64,000 nt of DNA, taken from the NCBI GenBank assembly GCA_964406515.1, contig CAYORV010000001.1, forward strand, positions 33,956 to 97,955, written 5' to 3'. Every line of letters starts with the position of its first letter. Positions within the stretch are counted from its first letter, which is position 1. Position numbers and translations under genes: made by a program. Source of the DNA: Candidatus Woesearchaeota archaeon (GTDB taxonomy: Archaea; Nanobdellota; Nanobdellia; Pacearchaeales; GW2011-AR1). Below are positions 59,141 to 64,000 of the stretch, in pieces. The notes under the pieces are model-generated. The model was not told the DNA's origin. It did no database searches and saw nothing but the letters and a program-made list of their open reading frames with translations.

Positions 59141-60340
59141 ATGGGAAAAGATAAATTCTGGCAGATTTGGAGTTCTTATGCAACCTATTATTTTGGCAGA
59201 GTTAATTTATCTATTGTAATTCCTGTTTTACTTGCTACTTATGGTTTAACGAAATATCATCTTGGACTTGTGGCAAGTGGTTTCTTTTTTGCATATGCTA
59301 TAGGGCAATTTTTACATGGCCAATTATCTGAAAGATTTAATCCCTATACTTATTTGGCAATTGGTTTAATTGGTTCTGCTATAATGAATTTATTTTTGGG
59401 ATTTTCCATGGGATTTTTTTGGATATTATTTATTGGAGAAATAATGGATGGAAGTTTTCAGTCTATGGGTTGGAGTTCTGCTGTAAGGGCTAATGCGGAA
59501 AATTCAAGGAAATTGGGAAAGAATATAGAAAAAAGATCTTGTGCTCTTGGGACTTCTTATCAAATTGGAAATTCAATAACTTGGTTGGTCTCTTCATTAG
59601 TTGTTGGGTTATTTGGATGGCAATGGGGATTCTTGACAGCGAGCGGATTTATGTTCTTGAGAGGTATAACATTATTGATAAATAGGCCAAGAATGAAATT
59701 TGAAAAACAGAAAGTTCAAAAACAATTAAAGAAAACTATTCAACCACCCATAGTCATTGCTGGATTTGCAATGATGCTATTGAATATTGTGAGATATGGT
59801 ATTATTGTGTGGATTCCAACCTATTTAATTGAAGTTCAGGGCTCAAGTATTATTGGTGCAGGATTGAAGATTTTCTTAATCCCTGTCGCAGGGGTTTTTG
59901 GAACCCTTATTTATAATAAATCGAAGATGAACAGGGATTTTTTAACAATTATCTTTTTAGCTGTTTTAAGCTCCATATTCATATTTTATGGCTATTTATC
60001 TAACTTAATGTCTGTTGTTGTATTAATCCTAAGTGGATTTTTCTTATATGGTCCCCATGTTTTTTTAGTTTCAACCTTTCCAAGCAAATTTTTAAAGGAT
60101 AATGTTGTTGGAGCTTCTACTGGATTCATAGATGGTATGGCTTATGTTGGGGCTATTATTGTTGGATTGCTTGTTCCTTTTTTGCTGGATATTAGTAATT
60201 GGGCATTAGTATTCTTATCTTGGTCAACTTGCTGTTTAATGATTATCTTATTAGTCATGTTCTTATATGTTGATGCACAAGTAGATGGGAAAAAAGCAAA
60301 AGAAAGAGATATATTGAATCTTAAAGAAGCCATAGAATAA
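59141..60340 (+). CDS. MFS transporter, organophosphate:Pi antiporter (GlpT/UhpC-like)
   Basis: YYFGRVNL; AYAIGQF..G.LSERF; FQSMGW; VRYG; YGP; GFIDG; about 12 TM helices. Confidence 0.75.
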   Translation: MGKDKFWQIWSSYATYYFGRVNLSIVIPVLLATYGLTKYHLGLVASGFFFAYAIGQFLHGQLSERFNPYTYLAIGLIGSAIMNLFLGFSMGFFWILFIGEIMDGSFQSMGWSSAVRANAENSRKLGKNIEKRSCALGTSYQIGNSITWLVSSLVVGLFGWQWGFLTASGFMFLRGITLLINRPRMKFEKQKVQKQLKKTIQPPIVIAGFAMMLLNIVRYGIIVWIPTYLIEVQGSSIIGAGLKIFLIPVAGVFGTLIYNKSKMNRDFLTIIFLAVLSSIFIFYGYLSNLMSVVVLILSGFFLYGPHVFLVSTFPSKFLKDNVVGASTGFIDGMAYVGAIIVGLLVPFLLDISNWALVFLSWSTCCLMIILLVMFLYVDAQVDGKKAKERDILNLKEAIE

Positions 60341-60341
60341 T

Positions 60342-61895
60342 CTATTTTAAGTGTTTGTTTCTTTTGAATTTTTTAAAAATAGTTTTTATTATATACAAAT
60401 CATGTTCATCTAAACATTTTGTTGTTAAGAGTAAAAGAGTATAAACCGCTAGGAAAAAAATACCGCAAAGGATTAGAGATAGCAAGTTTGTTTCCATAAA
60501 AGATTTAACAATCAGGAGTAATATCGCAGACACGATTGTTATTAATGTTATTCTAACCATCTTTTTTCTTAATGGAATAATTGAAAGATATTTTTTAGCT
60601 TGTATTAGGAACAATACATTTAGGATTACTAAAGAGGTCATTGTGGCAAAACCTGCTCCTGTAATTCCATACAATGGTACTAATACGAAATTAAGGATTG
60701 CGTTTAGAATCCCTGCGAAAATTAAATCTATCAAAAGAAGTTTAGATTTTCCTTTCATAGAGAGGAGTTCTTGCGAAATTCCGAAAAGTGTTGAGAATAA
60801 AACTCCAATAGATAAAAATCTTAGAGCATTTACTGCTACAAGATACTCCTGACCAAAAAGGAGATTAATAACTGCTCCGGGAAAAATAATAAAAAGAACA
60901 AAAATTGGCAGAACCATCATAAAAACCCATTTACCAACCTGTTGACTTAATTGTTTTACTATTTCAAGTCTTCCTTTAGAGAATTCTTTTGTTACAAGAG
61001 GGAAAAAAAGTTGGGAAAAAAACATCATTGGCAAAGACAATAACATGGCTATTGGGATAGCAGCATTATAAAAACCAACATCTTTTGCAGTTTGGAATAT
61101 TCCAATCATAAAAGAATCAACCCAATAAAAAATGAATGTGACAACGCCATAAAAAACTAATGGCCAAGAATAAGAAAACATTTCTTTAAAGGCTTTTTTA
61201 GTTTCTAAGTTTTTTATTTTCTTCTTTGAACTAAAGATTTCAGAAAGTGTAATCTTACAAACAAAATAAGAGGCGATGAATATTGAGAGGGTTCCAATTA
61301 AATAAGATATTGGAACAGATTTTGAATTTATCCCAAAAAAGATTAACAGAATTAAAATTGCTAGTTTGATAAAATTTCCTAAAATATTTGCGATAAAAGA
61401 GAACCACCCTATTTTTTCATAAGCTCTTAAAACAGATAATAAAGTTTCTCCTAAAACCGCTAGAGGAACAGTAATACTAAAAATTTTTAGAAAAATAATT
61501 AAATTAGGATCAGAGAATATTTTCAATGCAATAAATTCGGAAAAAAAGAATAATAAAATACCTGCTATGATACTTGTAATGATTAAGATAATAAAGGAGA
61601 TTTTTATTAAACCTCGAATTTTCCCTTTTTCTCCTTTCCCCCTTAGTAGAGAGACATGTCTTAGAAGTCCTTGTTTAATTCCCAAATTAGAAATGACTCT
61701 AAACCAACTAAATAGCATAACTGATAAGGCAAATAAACCATAGATTTCTGGACCATAATGCCGAGCAATTACTATCCTATATCCATAAAAAATTATCTTT
61801 GATAAAAAAAGTCCAATAAAAACTATTATTGAAGATTTGGCCAGTAATTTTAATCCGGTTTTTATCCCTGCTTCATTGTCTTTCTCTAAGTTCAT
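60342..61895 (-). CDS. Wzx/MOP-family oligosaccharide flippase
   Basis: YGPEIYG; YSWPL; VDSFMIG; VGFYNAA; LVPLYGITGA; about 14 TM helices. Confidence 0.9.
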   Translation of the reverse strand: MNLEKDNEAGIKTGLKLLAKSSIIVFIGLFLSKIIFYGYRIVIARHYGPEIYGLFALSVMLFSWFRVISNLGIKQGLLRHVSLLRGKGEKGKIRGLIKISFIILIITSIIAGILLFFFSEFIALKIFSDPNLIIFLKIFSITVPLAVLGETLLSVLRAYEKIGWFSFIANILGNFIKLAILILLIFFGINSKSVPISYLIGTLSIFIASYFVCKITLSEIFSSKKKIKNLETKKAFKEMFSYSWPLVFYGVVTFIFYWVDSFMIGIFQTAKDVGFYNAAIPIAMLLSLPMMFFSQLFFPLVTKEFSKGRLEIVKQLSQQVGKWVFMMVLPIFVLFIIFPGAVINLLFGQEYLVAVNALRFLSIGVLFSTLFGISQELLSMKGKSKLLLIDLIFAGILNAILNFVLVPLYGITGAGFATMTSLVILNVLFLIQAKKYLSIIPLRKKMVRITLITIVSAILLLIVKSFMETNLLSLILCGIFFLAVYTLLLLTTKCLDEHDLYIIKTIFKKFKRNKHLK

Positions 61896-62003
61896 ATGGA
61901 AAACAGAAAAAATTAGCTTTTAATCTTTATGTAACAAATGTATATTTGAAAACCATAGTTATAATAAATAAATCTTTATAAGAAGATTCACGATAGGAAT
62001 TAA

Positions 62004-63809
62004 ATGGATGAAGAGGAAATAGAATTATTTGTTCCTGGGAGATTATGTCTATTTGGAGAACATTCTGATTGGGCTGGAGGACATAGAAGGCAGAATCCAG
62101 CTATTGAAAAAGGTTATACCATTGTGGCTCCGACTAATCAAGGAAATTATGCTAGAGTTAAGAAAATTGATGAGCCAATTTTTCGTTTTAAGAGCTCTTT
62201 ATCTGATGAGAAGATGGAGGTTCGATTAGAACCACAAGCATTATTGAAAATTGCGGAAGAGGGTGGGTTGTTTAGTTATGTTGCAGGTGTTGTGCATGAA
62301 ATAATTTGTAGTTATCATGGTTTTATGGAACAAGGAATTGAAATAGATAATTACAAAACCGATTTGCCAACCAAAAAGGGAATTTCAAGTTCTGCTTCTA
62401 TTTGTGTTTTAGTGGCTAAAGCATTTAATGAAATTTACAATTTAGGATTTACTAACAAAAGGATTATGGAACTTGCATATTTTGGAGAAATAACAACTCC
62501 TTCAAGATGTGGAAAGATGGATCAAGCTTGTGCTTATAATAAACCTATTTTGATGACTTTTGATGGAGATAAATTAAATGTTGAAGAGTTGAAATTAGAG
62601 AAGGAGATTAATATTTTGGTAGTTGATTTAAACAGGGGGAAAGATACTGTGAAGATTCTTGCTGATTTAAATGAGGGGTTTCCTTGGCCGAATAGTGAAG
62701 TGGAGAGGAGTATTCACCAATATCTCGGAAAAATGAATAAGAGCATTGTTATTTCGGCAAAAAAGGCATTAGAAAAAGGAGATGCTGTTAAGGTTGGTTG
62801 TATGATGGAATTGGCCCAAAACTTTTTTGATGAATATTTAATTCCTGCTTCTGGTGAACTTGAAGCTCCAACACTTCATTCTGTTTTAGGGATGCAAGAA
62901 ATAAAAGAATTTATTTATGGTGGGAAATGTGTTGGGAGTGGGGGAGATGGAAGTGCTCAATTAATCTGTAAATCTATTAGAGTTAGAGAGAAGGTTAAAG
63001 AAATTTTGACAATGAAAGGGTTTAATTGTTTTGATTTAGATTTAAAGAGTTCGATAGAACCCCCTAATAATAAAATCACTGCTGTAATCCCTGCAGGAGG
63101 TTTTGGATTAAGATTATACCCTTTGACTGAAAATCAACCGAAATCATTATTAGAAATTCAAGGAAAACCATTAATAGATTATACGATTGATAAGATAAAT
63201 GAAATTGAAAACATTGATAAGATAATTATAACAACAAACAATAAGTTTTATGAGAAATTTAAAGAATGGGGCAAAGAAAAAGGAGAAAAAATAAAAATAA
63301 TTAATAATGGTGTGAACAATGAACAGGAAGCCCTAAGTGGATTTGGAGACTTAATGCTTGCCATAAATAATGAAAAAGTTGAAGGGGATATCTTAGTCCT
63401 TGGCGGGGATAATCTTTTTGACTGTTCTCTAAAAGAGATTTATAAAATTTTTAGGGGCGAGGAAAAAGATCTCGCGGTTTGCTATGATGTAATGAATATT
63501 GAAAAAGCAAAAAGTTTGGGTGTTGCAGAAATTAAAGATAACTTAATCAGAAATTTTAAAGAAAAACCAGAAAATCCAAAATCCACCATATGTTCTACAA
63601 GCGCTTACTTCTACAAAAAAGAAACCCTACAATTGATTAAAGAGTTTGCAGAAAAACATCCTCGTGGACATTTAGGCACTATTTTAGAATATCTTTTCCA
63701 AAGAGTTCCAATTTATGCATATATCATAAAAGATAAATGGATAGATATAAATGATAAGACTGCTTTGAAATTAGCTGATTCCATTACTTATCGGGATTTA
63801 TCTTTTTGA
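62004..63809 (+). CDS. Fusion: GHMP (galactokinase-like) sugar kinase plus sugar-phosphate nucleotidyltransferase
   Basis: PGRLCLFGEHSD; LPTKKGISSSA; GKCVGSGGDG; from about 63070 PAGGFGLRLYPLT, GGDNLF and FKEKP. Confidence 0.85.
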   Translation: MDEEEIELFVPGRLCLFGEHSDWAGGHRRQNPAIEKGYTIVAPTNQGNYARVKKIDEPIFRFKSSLSDEKMEVRLEPQALLKIAEEGGLFSYVAGVVHEIICSYHGFMEQGIEIDNYKTDLPTKKGISSSASICVLVAKAFNEIYNLGFTNKRIMELAYFGEITTPSRCGKMDQACAYNKPILMTFDGDKLNVEELKLEKEINILVVDLNRGKDTVKILADLNEGFPWPNSEVERSIHQYLGKMNKSIVISAKKALEKGDAVKVGCMMELAQNFFDEYLIPASGELEAPTLHSVLGMQEIKEFIYGGKCVGSGGDGSAQLICKSIRVREKVKEILTMKGFNCFDLDLKSSIEPPNNKITAVIPAGGFGLRLYPLTENQPKSLLEIQGKPLIDYTIDKINEIENIDKIIITTNNKFYEKFKEWGKEKGEKIKIINNGVNNEQEALSGFGDLMLAINNEKVEGDILVLGGDNLFDCSLKEIYKIFRGEEKDLAVCYDVMNIEKAKSLGVAEIKDNLIRNFKEKPENPKSTICSTSAYFYKKETLQLIKEFAEKHPRGHLGTILEYLFQRVPIYAYIIKDKWIDINDKTALKLADSITYRDLSF

Positions 63810-63847
63810 GCATATAACTTTATAAAATTGTTTTTCAAATAAATTTC

Positions 63848-64000
63848 ATGTCAGATGAAAAAGTGTCGATAATTATTCCGTGTAAGGAAATTGATTCTTT
63901 GACTGAAAAATGTCTTGAAGAATGTCTAAAATTAGATTATGATGATTTTGAAATCTTGGTTCTACCAGATGAATCGAATCAAGAAAATCAAAAAAGGTTT
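63848..64000 (+). CDS. Glycosyltransferase family 2, 3'-partial
   Basis: Read from sequence: MSDEKVSIIIPCKEIDSLTEKCLEECLKLDYDDFEILVLPD. Confidence 0.75.
   Translation, partial: MSDEKVSIIIPCKEIDSLTEKCLEECLKLDYDDFEILVLPDESNQENQKRF

Noticed and set aside
50899..60340. Complete fosfomycin or methylphosphonate pathway
   Set aside because: No HppE/Fom4, FomA/B or MpnS/HepD cupin gene recognised; the context is glycan biosynthesis
11..62229. Short antisense or out-of-frame ORFs (e.g. 855, 12867, 26090, 30847, 38850, 47461, 52256, 58051)
   Set aside because: They lie within well-supported genes and show no motifs; shadow ORFs
1..64000. Alternative genetic code, tRNA/rRNA, transposase or prophage
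   Set aside because: Genes appear full length under code 11 with all three stop codons used; intergenic gaps are short and AT-rich; no mobile-element proteins recognised

Overview
AT-rich (roughly 30% GC by eye), almost fully coding window forming one very large surface-glycan biosynthesis and modification island that runs off both ends. TATA-like boxes about 20-35 nt upstream of starts, few convincing Shine-Dalgarno sites and archaeal-type ribbon-helix-helix (RHH) proteins suggest an archaeon, plausibly DPANN (Pacearchaeota/Woesearchaeota-like). This is inference, as no marker gene is present. Modules: NDP-heptose synthesis (6.7-12.6 kb, plus a GT9 at 40.2 kb); nine radical SAM enzymes, five of them cobalamin-binding; ThDP-dependent and C-methyltransferase branched-sugar enzymes and a GDP-perosamine-type block (28-45 kb); a tandem duplication of Thr-type sulfatase-like genes, each coupled to an RHH protein with an acidic '...LGY' tail (47-51 kb); a phosphonate operon (B12 radical SAM, cytidylyltransferase-PepM, Ppd, Fe-ADH, two phosphodiesterase-family genes, cytidylyltransferase, GlpT-like MFS; 50.9-60.3 kb); and a flippase. 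A conserved extended promoter motif (CCTCAAYAATCTTTAWAA) recurs before many + strand genes, and a recombination scar at 24.9 kb shows how the island grows. No rRNA, tRNA, CRISPR array or transposase was recognised.
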